This document shows, one piece after another, positions 41,661 through 53,916 of a stretch of 64,000 nucleotides of DNA. Position 1 is the first letter of the stretch. Every line of letters starts with the position of its first letter. The stretch is from Octopus sinensis (lineage: Eukaryota): the NCBI RefSeq assembly GCF_006345805.1, contig NC_043000.1, positions 86,986,001 to 87,050,000 on the forward strand, written 5' to 3'. The notes beneath the pieces are model-generated. The model worked only from the letters and a program-made list of their open reading frames with translations. It searched no databases and was not told the DNA's origin. The position numbers and the translations under genes were made by a program.

Positions 41661-42313
41661 GATAGGTTGTAAGGGATATATTGCAAATAGCGTTATACTA
41701 GTTTTTAGCTCGAATAAATAAGTTAAATTAAATTGAATAGACCATTGGTTACATTTGGAGGGAGTGAAGAGTAGTCATATTTTTAAACAAAGTAAAATAT
41801 ACTAATACAATGACATCTCCTATGGAAAGGAATAAAAATATTTTTAAAATGTGAAAGCTGTGTAGGACTTGAAACCTTTTCTCATCGATACCTTGGTGAA
41901 ATTACACAGTGTAACAAAATTTTAATTTTTCTTGTCTTTGGTCAGTAAGTGTTATTTCCTATTTACTTCTGTTTAGAAATTAAAGGAAATGACGTATTAT
42001 TTCTTTCAAACTTTGCTTTTGTGACCTGGACATCAATATTTTGAAACTGACCTACTTTGCATTACATTTCACACAGATTCAGTACTGAGTTGCTGAAGCA
42101 GAATTATCGTTGTAGCTAATATTCTGCTCAATACCACTGATTTGCTTGTCAATTGCTTGACCTTAACCATGTATATCCTTTACAGTATCTTCTTTATTTA
42201 TTACTATCTTTACATCTGCTGAAAAGATAGAGAAAAAGATGGTGATGAGGTGTTAGGAAGTACCCTCAAAGTACAAGGATAGAGTAAATATGTGTGTATA
42301 ATTATATGTGTGC

Positions 42314-42735
42314 GTTTGGGTTTGTGCCAGGGAGAAGTACCACTGATGCTATATTTCTGGTAAGACAGCTGCAGGAGAAATTCCTAGCCAAAGATAAATC
42401 TTTGTACTTGGCTTTCATTGACATGGAGAAAGCCTTTGACAGGGTTCCCCGATCCCTTATCTGGTGGTTAATGCAGAAAGTAGGGACAGATGAGTGGTTA
42501 GTAAGAGCCGTACAAGCCATGTACAAGGACACTGATAGTAAGGTGAGGATTGGCAATGATTATAGTGAAGAATTCCGGGTAGATGTAGGGGCTCACCAAG
42601 GATCAGTCCTCAGCCCTCTCTTATTCATCATAGTCCTCCAGGCAATAACAGAGGAATTCAAGACAGGCTGCCCCTAAAAGCTCTTCTATGCTAATGACCT
42701 TGCTCTAATAGCTGAGTCACTACCAGAACTAAAGT
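42314..42735 (+). mobile_element. RTE LINE reverse transcriptase fragment
   Basis: FGFVPGRSTTDAIF, LAFIDMEKAFDRVPR, HQGSVLSPLLF; YADD has decayed to YAND. Confidence 0.92.
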
Positions 42736-42933
42736 GACCTTTAGCATTCAGATTACTCTGTCAAATGTAATGCTTATTTATTTACATTATTTTGAATTAA
42801 TTTATTATTTCAAAGTCTTAAGACTTTGATAATGTGACTGTTTATTACTAGAAGGACATAGTGGGGTAGGTTTGAGAGGTTAGATCTAGTCAGTTTGGAT
42901 ATAAAACAGGTGGGATGAATATGGCTGGTTTAA

Positions 42934-43150
42934 CCCATTCATTACTGTATTTATTTTGAGATGCTCTGTGTGTCTTTCAATTACTTTAATAACAAAGAAT
43001 TTAGTAAAATAACTTAGTTATCATTCAGCTAGTATTAGGAACATAAATTGTGACTCAAGTTTGGTGGAAGATTTTAATTCAAAACTTATGAAAACAAGAC
43101 ATTTGTACTCAGAGTCAGAGCTGGTTTCAGCCAGGTTGGTATCGAAAGGG
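42934..43150. mobile_element. piggyBac-type MITE, 217 bp
   Basis: TTAA|CCCATTCATTAC...GTATCGAAAGGG|TTAA: TTAA target duplication, CCC/GGG termini, imperfect TIR. Confidence 0.7.
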
Positions 43151-44535
43151 TTAAATGTCAAAGGGTTATTCTTTTAATCCCTGAATGAATGAAAACAACA
43201 AAGCAGTGTTAGCATCTGCCAGGCTGTCTAGTGAGTAGAAAACCTATCATCATCACAGACGCTTAATGTCCACTTTATCATATTCATTGCATTGGTCAGA
43301 TGGAGTTTGTTGAGGTAGATATCCTTCAGCCAGGGAGCCAGTGAGATGTCCTTCTTGTTGCCAAACCTTTGTTGCATTTTCCAAGCAAGGTAATATTTCC
43401 CCATGGCCAGAGATGTTTTTTTCATGGAAGACTGGAAATGAACAACCACATTTGTATGATGATACTCATTTAGAGTCATCACATGATGTCAATACAGGGA
43501 TACACACATACACCTACCACCACCATCACCACCGCACATATATAGGAGGGACTTTTTCACTTTCTGTCTACAAAATCCACTTACAGGACTTTGGTTGACC
43601 TAAGGCTGTAGTAGAAGACACTTGCCTGCCTGCCTGTATGCATATATATATGTATGTATCTACATTTATCTGTCTATGAATAAATATAGGTATGTACGCA
43701 CATATATATATGCATAAATATATATGTATGCATGCACATGCATATATATATATGCATGTATGTATATGTAGGAAGTCAACGATGAAAGGCTTGAGTGTCA
43801 GGTTGAGAAATTTTAAAATACAATCTTTTAGAAATAATGCAACTCACCATTTATTTTATTTATATTTCAGACCATCCCACCTTCCTAAAAAAATTTTATT
43901 AACTAATTAAGATGAGATAACAGTTAAGAAATGTTACTGAATGAAATGGCTATTGTATTTAACTTTACAGTTTATCTTAATGTAAAATATTTGTAAAATA
44001 TATACTAAGTTTTATGATTCAACATACAGACTCTGTGTGTGCATATATATATAAGTGCAAACAAGCTCATACTGAAAAAGCAGTCAAAAACATGGACAAG
44101 AAAATTTAAAAAAGAATATCTTCAATGAAAGCTTATTATATAAACCTCCAACCTTTTCTTTTTATTATGAAGTTTAGATACAAGCAAAGAAATTCAATAT
44201 ATTAACAAAAAAAAAACAAAATAAAAAAAGCAGACCAACAAAACATTATAGAATCTCAATAACTCTTTTTGACAATCATTATGAAATTGTATACTGTTAT
44301 TTTCTTCAAAATTAAAAAAATAAAATGTTTAAATTGTATTCTTTTTGTCAGAAAACAGCCAAATTGTCTTGAAGACTGTACCAAAGACACACTTGGTGTA
44401 TCACAAAAATCTAATATGCCTTGTACAAGATAAAATTACTTACTTTACACTTGACTAAACTAGTTTTAGTTGTTTTCTTTTTTATGAAATTAATTCACTA
44501 CATGTTTTATTTTGTTCTTGTGCGATATATATATA

Positions 44536-44866
44536 GGGAAATCCCCCATCCCATCAGGAATCACTGCTGCATTGCTTAAAATATATGGTGGTGTAGGTTA
44601 TGGTCTAGTCACCCGTATTGTAAATCAGCTGGTTCACAAAGGAGTCATTCCCAATGATTGGTATAGCAGCACTATAATCACCTGCTACAAAGGTAAATGT
44701 GCTGCCTTAGACAGAAATAATTACAGAGGTATCAAATTGTTGGATCAGGTGATGAAAGTTACAGAGAGAGTCATAGCCCAACTAATTAGGGAGAGAGTTA
44801 GCTTAGACGAGATGCAGTTTAGTTTTGTGCCAGGGAGAAGCACCACTGATGCTATATTTCTGGTAA
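44536..44866 (+). mobile_element. Internal RTE RT fragment flanked by direct repeats of about 165-175 bp
   Basis: YKGK...RNNYRGIKLL...MQFSFVPGRSTTDAIF; the flanks 44361-44535 and 44865-45026 are near-identical. Confidence 0.88.
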
Positions 44867-45051
44867 ATTGTCTCAAAGACACTTGGTGTATCACAAAAAT
44901 CTAATATGCCTTGTACAAGATAAAGTTACTTACTTTACACATGACTAAACTAGTTTTAGCTTTTCTTTTCTTTTCTTTTTTATGAAATTAATTCACTACC
45001 TGTTTTGTTTTTGTGCAATATATATACATACATATATATATATATATATCA

Positions 45052-46445
45052 ATAATAAAAGGGTAAAATCAATTAATTATTAATTAATTTCACCAAGTAG
45101 TGTTCAGTATGTAAAAGGACCATTCAAGGTATATTCAAAATATTACGTTATATAATTAGGGCTCAGTAAAATAATTTACTTTACCACATACTGAAACTTT
45201 TAGAAATAGCAGCCAAAAAGTTTTTTTAGCCATTTCTTCTACTATAAGAAAAGTCTCCCAGATAGTGTTTACTCAAAAATAATTCCCGTAGATATGGAGG
45301 GAAAAACAAAATATAACATGTACAAAGATCATTTGAGAACGTTAATGTTTCTAGATTGTCGAATTAAAATTCGACATTTCTTTCGTCAGCTCAACATTTC
45401 TTAATTTGGATTTGAAAGCACTAAAAATTGAACATACCCGTCTGATATGAGTAACCTCAGACAAATCATCTCCAAACTGCCAGTGCCAGCAAATTCAAAA
45501 CGTATGAGTGAAGATTCGTATTCTTCCTGCTTCCATCCACGTGAGTTATAGAGTAAACAGATTATTACGGTGAGAACCGCAGTAAAGAACAGGGAGAAAG
45601 GAATTGTATTATCAATAATAAAAGGGTAAAATCAATTAATTATTAATTAATTTCACCAAGTAGTGTTCAGTATGTAAAAGCGCCATCCAACCAAAATGCA
45701 AATATATGGGAAACTACCACCTGTGTCATCTCTTGTGAAAAGTAGGAGAGTCCAGTTTGCTGGACATTGTTGTAGAGCTGAAAAAGAAGTAATTTCTACT
45801 CTTCTCCTCTGGAAGCCATCTACTCGCAGTACCAGAGGGCGCACACTCTCCTACCCTGATGTAATCTCCAGGGATACAGGCATCCAGCAACAGGACCTCC
45901 GTAATGCCATGATGGACCGTGAAGTCTGGCGTAGCATGGTAAATTCCATTGTCTCGACCACGGTCGAACAATGACGATGATGATGTATATTCAAAATATT
46001 ATGTTATATAATTAGGGCTCAGTAAAATAATTTACTTTACCACATACTGAAACTTTTAGAAATAGCAGCCAATCTTCACTCGTACTTTTTGAATTTGCTG
46101 GCACTGGCAGTTTGGAGATGATTTGTCTGAGGTTACTCATATCAGACGGGTATGTTCAATTTTTAGTGCTTTCAAATCCAAATTAAGAAATGTTGAGCTG
46201 ACCAAAGAAATGTTGAGTTTTAATTCGACTAATCTAGAAATGTTAACGTTCTCAAATGATCTTTGTACATGTGATATTTTGTTTTTCCCTCCATATCTAC
46301 GGGAATTATTTTTGAGTAAACACTATCTGGGAGACTTTTCTTATAGTAGAAGAAATGGCTAAAAAACTTTTTGGCTGCTATTTCTAAAAGTTTCAGTATG
46401 TGGTAAAGTAAATTATTTTACTGAGCCCTAATTATATAATATAAT
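45052..46445. mobile_element. Penelope-like element end with a tandem partial repeat and an inverted copy, interrupted by an RTE 3' end (45681-45985)
   Basis: ataataaaagggtaaaatcaatt occurs at about 45052 and 45615; 46072-46440 is the reverse complement of about 45145-45515; hammerhead motif at 45333-45394. Confidence 0.75.
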
Positions 46446-46499
46446 ATATATATATGTATATATATAAGTTTTAGAAAAACATAAATCCAGAGAAGCACA

Positions 46500-47060
46500 C
46501 TCTAAGAAGTAGAGCAGTCTATATTTTTCCCTGGTGAAGGCCAGTTTATGGGGTTACCCTGGGTTTCCCATCCATAAAGGGTTTAACTTTATGGCATATC
46601 GTCAGACCCCAAGACCTGTTGACCTATGAGCTCTTTAAAATATGGAGGAGAAAGTCTGGATTATCTCCTTTTGCCAATGGCTATTGACTTCTGGCTGCAC
46701 TGTCATTGATCAGCTGTGAGAGTAAATGATAGGGGATTATCTGCCTCTCCCATTAGCTATCAACTTCTGGTGGTTCCCAAAAGGCCAGCAGAGAAATCTC
46801 CTAAAGTGCAAACATGGCCTGAAAATCTCTATTCTGGAGTTAAGTATAGTCCCTGGCTCAAGTGAGTCCCTTAGGATTCTCATGTCTTCAGCTATGCATA
46901 ACTTGCAGTGTTCGTCCCATCAATGTAGGGGCATGGGTTTTTGAGGATTTTTCTTGAGATCAAGTGTGGTACTCCATTGTCTTTTAGTTGCCAAACATGG
47001 ATGGCCAGTGATGTTACATATCTCCTTTCCGGGACTCTGAGGGAGGATTGATGGTAGGAA
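46500..47060 (-). mobile_element. Penelope-like element 3' part: GIY-YIG endonuclease C-terminus plus UTR with hammerhead
   Basis: Minus-strand translation gives YHQSSLRVPERRYVTSLAIHVWQLKD...HCKLCIAE...LNSRIEIFRPCLHFRRFL. Confidence 0.82.
46549..46611 (-). ncRNA. Type I hammerhead ribozyme motif with intact core
   Basis: 5'-TGGGGT CTGACGA TATG CCATAAAG TTAAACC CTTTATGG ATGG GAAA CC CAG GG TA ACCCCA-3'. Confidence 0.8.
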
Positions 47061-47169
47061 AAATGTTTCTTGAATGAATTTTCAGTACAACCAATATATT
47101 ACTGTGGACGTGAGATCTCGGAACTGTACCTATTATTGTTGTTGTTGCCACTGTTGCTGCTGCTGCTGG

Positions 47170-47620
47170 CAAAAAAGGGCCTCTTTCTCAGAGTGAAAGG
47201 CAGATTGTATGATGCCTGTGTACAAAAAGCTATGCTATATGGCAGTGAAACATGGGCTGTGACAGTTGAGGACATGGGTGGGCTTGAAAGAAATTAAGCC
47301 AGTATGCTTCGCTAGATGTGCAATGTCAGTGCGCATGTTTGACAGAGTGTAAGCATCTTGAGAGAATAGTTAGGCATAAGAGGGATGACTGCGCTAGTTT
47401 GGTTATGTGATGCACATGGATGAGGACGACTGTGTACAGAAGTGCTGATCTCCAACTGTGGAGGGAACCTGTGGTAGAGATAGACCCAGGAAGACATTGG
47501 ACAAAGTGGTGAAGTATGATCTTTGAACTTTGAATCTCGCAAAGGCAATGACTAGTGACAAGTCCTCTGTGATACACTGTGCTTGAGAAGATCTGTCAAG
47601 CCAAGTGAAATCATAGTTAT
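47170..47620 (+). mobile_element. RTE LINE 3' fragment
   Basis: LFLRVKGRLYDACVQKAMLYGSETWA...RDRPRKTLDKVVK. Confidence 0.85.
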
Positions 47621-47764
47621 GGCTGATGCTGGTGTCATGTAACTGGCATCTGTGTTAGTGGTGCGTAAAGAGCACCTTTTGAGTGTTGGGCCTCACAGAG
47701 GCAAAAAGGCTGAGTTCTTTTCAAGCATTGGACCTTGTTTGGGTTTGCCATTTATTATGATCAA

Positions 47765-47935
47765 TTCCTTTCCTCTTCATTTTTCTTTTTGCAAATCTTT
47801 GAATCTCAGTCTAGGTCTTCCAAGGTTTCTTTTCCCCTTGCATAGTTGGGAGTAAAGGATTTATCTGGGGAGTCTGTTGTTCATCCTATGTACATGACCC
47901 AACCAATGTAAATTTCTATCAATGAAAATTTCCAT
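47765..47935 (-). mobile_element. RTE LINE C-terminal remnant
   Basis: The minus frame reads LPR*ILYSQLCKGKRNLGRPRLRFKD. Confidence 0.7.
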
Positions 47936-48561
47936 CATAGTTGATAACTAACTACTCAAGATATTCTGCAATGGGACTGAACTCAGGATTATGTGGTTGC
48001 AATGCAAGCTTCTTCATCACATGCCTATACTTACAATGATTGAATAAGTGAATGTAAATTGTAAGGTAATTGGGTTCCTCTGAAGGATCTCTGGAGTAGT
48101 GTTACTTGACATGATGTATATCTCGGAGATCAGGAAATCTCTCCAGGTTGGACCTTTACTTTTCTATATTGAGACATCTGGTATTACAGACATGTGTTAT
48201 AATGTCACAACAGGCAGGAGACACAGGGATAGACCAAGAATGAAACAGTTGGATAATATCCATAGTCTGTGATGGCCACACATGGGAATCTAGTCAAAAA
48301 AGTGTAATGATGGTTGCTTCTGATAGGAACTTAAAGGGGAGGTGCTTGAGGATTCTACCCTCATGACTCTCCCAGGAATAGTGGAAGAAAATGGAGGGAT
48401 GATTATAAAGCTAATGACTTTATTGGGGAAAAACTAATATCATTCTGGAGTAGATGGTGTCTGATATTTAATTATGGTTCCAAATTAAAAAATGGTATGA
48501 AATTCTAAATCCTCTAAATATATATATTAGCAACAGAAGCAGTATTGATACCGAGATCACA

Positions 48562-49172
48562 CCCACTTAAACATGGATGTTTTGTTAGAATAAACTATAG
48601 TGTGGTAAAGAGAAAAACGACTTGTTTTAAATCTCTGAGTGAGAGATATGCAGTAACAGTACTGAATAGTAAAGTTTGTTTGCCAACATAATTTGGCAGT
48701 CCTATACAAGGATGGTGTTACTGTCTTTTAGCCCCAGGAAAACATCTTTTCCAGTTGGTTATTGGCACACAGTTTGTGCCCGTATAGTATATGCAAGGGA
48801 GGTAATCGCTCCCATATCTAGCCTTACATGATACTCACAGACCTAGGTTTCTGAGTGGTTACCTGTCCTCAGTGTGAGGTAATCGGTGGCTAGTGATGAA
48901 GGGCACAAACTGTGTGCCAATAGCCAACAGGAAAATATGTTTTCCTGGGGATAAAAGACAGTAACATCATCCTTGTATAGGACTGCCACATTATGTTGGC
49001 AAATAAACTTTACTATACCGTGGCAGATTTGGCTTTTGGTGCAAAATGCACTCTTGTTTATAAACAATAAACAAGAGTGCATTTGTGCCCCCAAAAGTCA
49101 ATTTGAGAGTTTCTCTCATGGTAACTACTGCAGTATAGCTTCCTCTAATAATACATGCATGTTTAAGTGGGC
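48562..49172. mobile_element. Foldback MITE-like element with nested inverted repeats
   Basis: Terminal cccacttaaacatg / catgtttaagtggg; internal inverted pair of about 115 bp at 48668-48782 and 48901-49015; 17-bp hairpin at 49046-49084. Confidence 0.65.
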
Positions 49173-49319
49173 ATAAATATTATCTCTCTAAACTTGCTAA
49201 GAAAATAACTATTATCTGACTTATACCATGCTTTCGCTATTTACAATATTTTAAAAATTAAACCTTATATACAAGTATTAGAATATTTCAGTTACCACAT
49301 CTTTCTTTGTCTCTTATTT

Positions 49320-50020
49320 GGAAGTCACTTACCAGTAACCTATGTTGAGTGGTACATTCTTTATGAAAGAAGGGAAGGACTAAGTATTTACAACCATCTG
49401 TTTATCTCAAGTCCTTGCATGTTCACCTGTTTCAAAGGTAATCAAATGTCTGACTGAATTCTTGAAATTTATGTTACAGAGAATTAGTTTATTTGCATCA
49501 CAGAAATTCAAACACTGTGACTCCTCAGCATTCCTAGAATCATATTTCATAACAACTGTATACTCCAGAGTAGCCATCATGGCTGCCTGACATGTCCATA
49601 CAGGTATGAAAATGTGTTGTCATTTATTATTGATATTTTTTGTTACAGAATCTCAAAGCAATTCTTTTCATATCAGTCAGTCTTAATCCATAAGTAGAGT
49701 TTCCATTGTGCTACTTACAAATGATTTAATCTTGATTTTCCTGTCATATATTTTGGTTACTTTATGTACTTGGCTTCTTTGTCACAAGTAAAACTACCTC
49801 TCTTTTACCTACCCATAAAAATTTGAATTTGTGTTCTTTGCCTATGAGGTTATCTGGCTGAGGTGCCTCTCCCTCTCATTTCTTGCTAGGATTACACATC
49901 TACTCATCTCTGATCAGCTTTATAATCACACAAGATCTACCTTTCATCGTGCTAAACTTGATAGCTACAACCGAGGTTCTCGTAGTAGATGGCCTGATTT
50001 TCAAGGCCTGTTGTCTATAA
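49320..50020 (-). mobile_element. Highly decayed RTE APE-endonuclease region
   Basis: Minus-strand frames give STMKGRS, SRNAEES..EFCDANKLILCN and TTQHRLLVSDF, with many disruptions. Confidence 0.7.
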
Positions 50021-50745
50021 ATGGAAGGAAGTGTGTAATCTTTGACAATAGTTGAAGAATTCTGGCACATGGTCAGTTGGTTCCACCTGACCATCCAACC
50101 ACACTAATATGGTAAGTGTCAGCCCTATGCAGTTAGACTTTATCAGTATATAGGAATATTTCTTGTTTTAGGTTTTGGTTTTAAAATTCAGAATATGATG
50201 TGAGAGACTTGGCTGCTGTTTGTAGCAGATAGAGTGACCTCATAGAAAAGTAAACATCTAGTGAAATGTTTTAATAAATAATATAGATTCCAACTTATTT
50301 CAATGAGATGATGTCAATATAAATCAAAAGCATATCCTTTAATGAACCAACAGAGTTCTTATATGTTGCTCCAATTGTTAGAAATAGAAATTAAATTACG
50401 CCCTACCAATTTGAAAAAGAAGAGACACTTCTATATCATTACTAAGCATTTCAACATGAAACAAAATAAAAAAAAATACCCTACTGCATATGAATACATA
50501 TACAAGTTGTCCTTAAAGTCTGAACACAGGAAATCTCATTAACTATATATTTTTAACCTATATATATATGCTATATATATTTTATATGTGATATTTTACC
50601 TATATATTTTATATTCAATGAAAATCACAGATGCAATGCACTTAATGGAATGCATAAAGAGTGAATATGCCCAAATTAACGACAGTGTGGAGTTATTGCA
50701 TCGGGTTCATGTAAAATTTGCAAAGTGCATTGACCTTTGCGTCAC

Positions 50746-51545
50746 ATCATCATTATCGTTTAACATCTGCTTTCCATGCTGGCATGGGTTGGACGGCATG
50801 ACTGAGGACTGGCGAGCCAGAAGTCTGCATCAGGCTCCAATCTGATCTGGCAAAGTTTCTACAGCTGAATGCCCTTCCTAACACCAACCACTCTGAGAGT
50901 GTAGTGGGTGCTTTTTACGTGCCACCGGCATGAAGGCCAGTCAGGTGGTACTGGCAACGACCATGCTCAAAAGGTGTTTTTTTACATGCCACCTGCATGG
51001 AAGCCCGTCCGGCGGCAATGGCAACAACCACGTTTGAATGTTGTTTTTCATGTGCCAGTAAGGCGATGCTGGCAACAATCACGCTCGAATGGTGCTTTTT
51101 ATGTGCTACTGGCATGAGAGCCAGTCAGCGGCCCTGGCAATGATCATGCTCAGATGGTGCTTTTAAGATTCCACTGGCGGATGAGTGCCTATCAGGCGGT
51201 ACTGTCATCGGCCAATCAGCGATTTTGATTTCACTTTCCTCAACAGGTCTTTGCAAGCAAAGTTTATTGTCCAATGAATGAAGGGTACTCATAAGTGGGC
51301 TGATTGTACACCACTGGGATAGGCCATGAGTTATGGTCTCACTTGGCTTGTCGGGTCTTCTGAAGCACAATATATCTCCAAAGGTCTCAGTCACTAACTC
51401 TTGCCTTGGTGAGGCACAATGTTCGAAGGGTGTACTTCATCACCTTATCCCAGGTCTTCCTGGGTCTACCTCTTCCACAGGTTCTCTCAACTGCTAGGGT
51501 GTGACCCTTTTTCACACAGCTGTCCTCATCCATTCGCAACACATG
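50746..51545 (-). mobile_element. Longer RTE-tail retroposon with internal short repeats, joined to an RTE C-terminal remnant
   Basis: (cat)n cgtttaacatctgctttccatgc...; the minus strand near 51450 has gaggtagacccaggaagacctggg (GRPRKTW). Confidence 0.8.
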
Positions 51546-52393
51546 ACTATACCAGCGGAGTCGTCTACCAGCGCAAAATGAAGGAAATCATATTGAAGAT
51601 ATTATTTGTTAATATTCCAATTGAATAAAATGTTGAAGATTTTGCATTTATTTCTTGAAAATATACATTTTGCCTATGTGTCCAGACTTTAGGCACATCC
51701 TGTATAATATCTTCATTACTTCTTCCAATTTCAAGGTGGTGAATTGGCAAAATCGTTAATGCCTGGTGGTATTTGAGTATCTTTACATTTTGAATTCAAA
51801 TTTCGCCAAACTCAACTCTACCTTTCATCCTTTTGGGGTCAATAAAATAAAGTACCATTCAAATACTAAGAGTCAATGTAATCGAACAACTTCCCTCCTC
51901 CTAAAATTGCTGGCCATGGACCAACATTTGAAACAAGTGTTATAATATATAGTCAAATCAAAAGGACCAATGAAAATAACAACATGCAATAAAAAGTGGC
52001 AATAAGAATGATGTAGCCCAGTGCTAGTTGTCCAACCCGTGCTAGCACGGAAAACGGACGTTAAACAATGATGATGAGAAAAAGATGGGATGGCCATTAC
52101 TGCAACGTCATAGATCAGTTAGGGCTGTCCTACGGTTAAACAACAAAACATGCTTAATAGTTTCCAACAATTTAAGTGGTACCTCGGTAGCTCGTTAGGC
52201 CAATAATAAACACTAGTTTTATTTCAGTTCTTTATCATTCGACAATTGGTTTACTATTTAACTATGAATGCTCGATTAATTATTTGGCTAGTCAAACAAT
52301 CTCAGAGCCGAAGATGACCTACAGTAGAGAGAGAGAGCATGTCATTGAAGAGGTCGCATAATTGGAGAGAAAAGGACTTCGACAAACATAACT

Positions 52394-53871
52394 GGGTACT
52401 TGTCTATTGTCGTGGTCCCGGTTTCGCACGCGCCAGACGTAGGTATTCGATACTCGAGATCCTACGAGGTGACTTGCGCATGCGCAGTGCAGAATTCGCG
52501 CATGCGCGTTACCACCCCCTAAAAAAAAAGGTGTTGGATTTCACTAAAAATATATATGTGTGTGTGTGTGTGTGTATATATAACATTTTCAATTTTACAC
52601 AAAAAAATTACATAGTTGCTTTCCTCGCGGATTTACAGATAAATGAATTAATTACTATTTTACAGAATAAAATTAATGAATTAATTATATAAATTAAATA
52701 ATTCTTGAAAATTAATTAATATTAATAATATTTTTTGAACAAAGTAAATAATTTATAAAACTTGGTTAATAATTTTTTTTACACAAACGCGAACGTATAT
52801 AATTTGTGAAACTTTTTTTTTTTTTACAGACGTATATAATTTGGTAAACTTAATGAATTAATTTCTTCTCATCATCATCATCGTTTAACGTCCGTTCTCC
52901 ATGCCAGCATGGGTTGGACGGTTCGACCGGGGATCTGGGAAGCCAGAAGGCTGCACCAGACTCCAGTCTTATCTGGCAATGTTTCTACAGCTGGATGCCC
53001 TTCCTAACGCCAACCACTCCGAGAGTGTAGTGGGTGCTTTTTACATGCCACCCGCACAGGTGCCAGGAGAGGCTGGCAACGGCCACGGTCGGATTGGTGC
53101 CAGTCGAGGCGGCTCTGGCATCGGCCACGATTCGGATAGTGCTTTTTACGTACCACCAGTCCAGGGGTCCTGGCATTTGCCGGGTACCACACTTGCCCCA
53201 ACATGTCTTCGCAAGCAAAGGGGGTTGGCGTGGGTGCCTGTCGTGGGATGAGGTTCGATATCAACTTCGCTTGCCTCAACAGGTCTTTGTGTATAAATGT
53301 ATAAATTTTTCGCACTAAATTCTTTCCGTAGAATTTATCAAAAAACGCGCAAAATTATTCCGTAGAATTTATCAAATTAAAAAACGCAAAATTAATATAT
53401 TTTTTGAAATTGCAAATTATTTAGAATATAAAACAAATGAAGTTAAATTTTAAAAATAAATGTCATATACTTATACTCTGTAAGGTGCTGTGTTCACACT
53501 TCAATTTACTATTTTCTAGAAATGTTGCTTTTCTAATTGAAACAATTTTTCTCAATCTCCATTTAAAAGTCCATAATGCCTCTTGAACCATATCAAAATG
53601 AACAACTTTGAATTACGCGGCGGCGGTGGTGGTGGTGTGAGGTTCTAATTTTTTTTCTGATCTCTCTTTGCCCCCTCTTTATCTCAGTTGTTCATTCCGC
53701 TAATATTTAGAAAAATTTTCGCGCCCAATTTTTGTTGTCGCGGGAAAAGATGAACGATTTAAAATAAATATATCTTAATTGTAGTGTGAGAAAGTATATA
53801 TATTCTGATGACAAAATATATTATCTTTCAAAAACATCCCAAATTTATAGACTATATCGTGTAGGTTTAAG

Positions 53872-53916
<45 letters not shown>

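Noticed and set aside
49890-50111. Plus-strand exon bounded by AG and GTAAGT
   Set aside because: All three frames are closed, and the minus strand is explained by a decayed RTE endonuclease.
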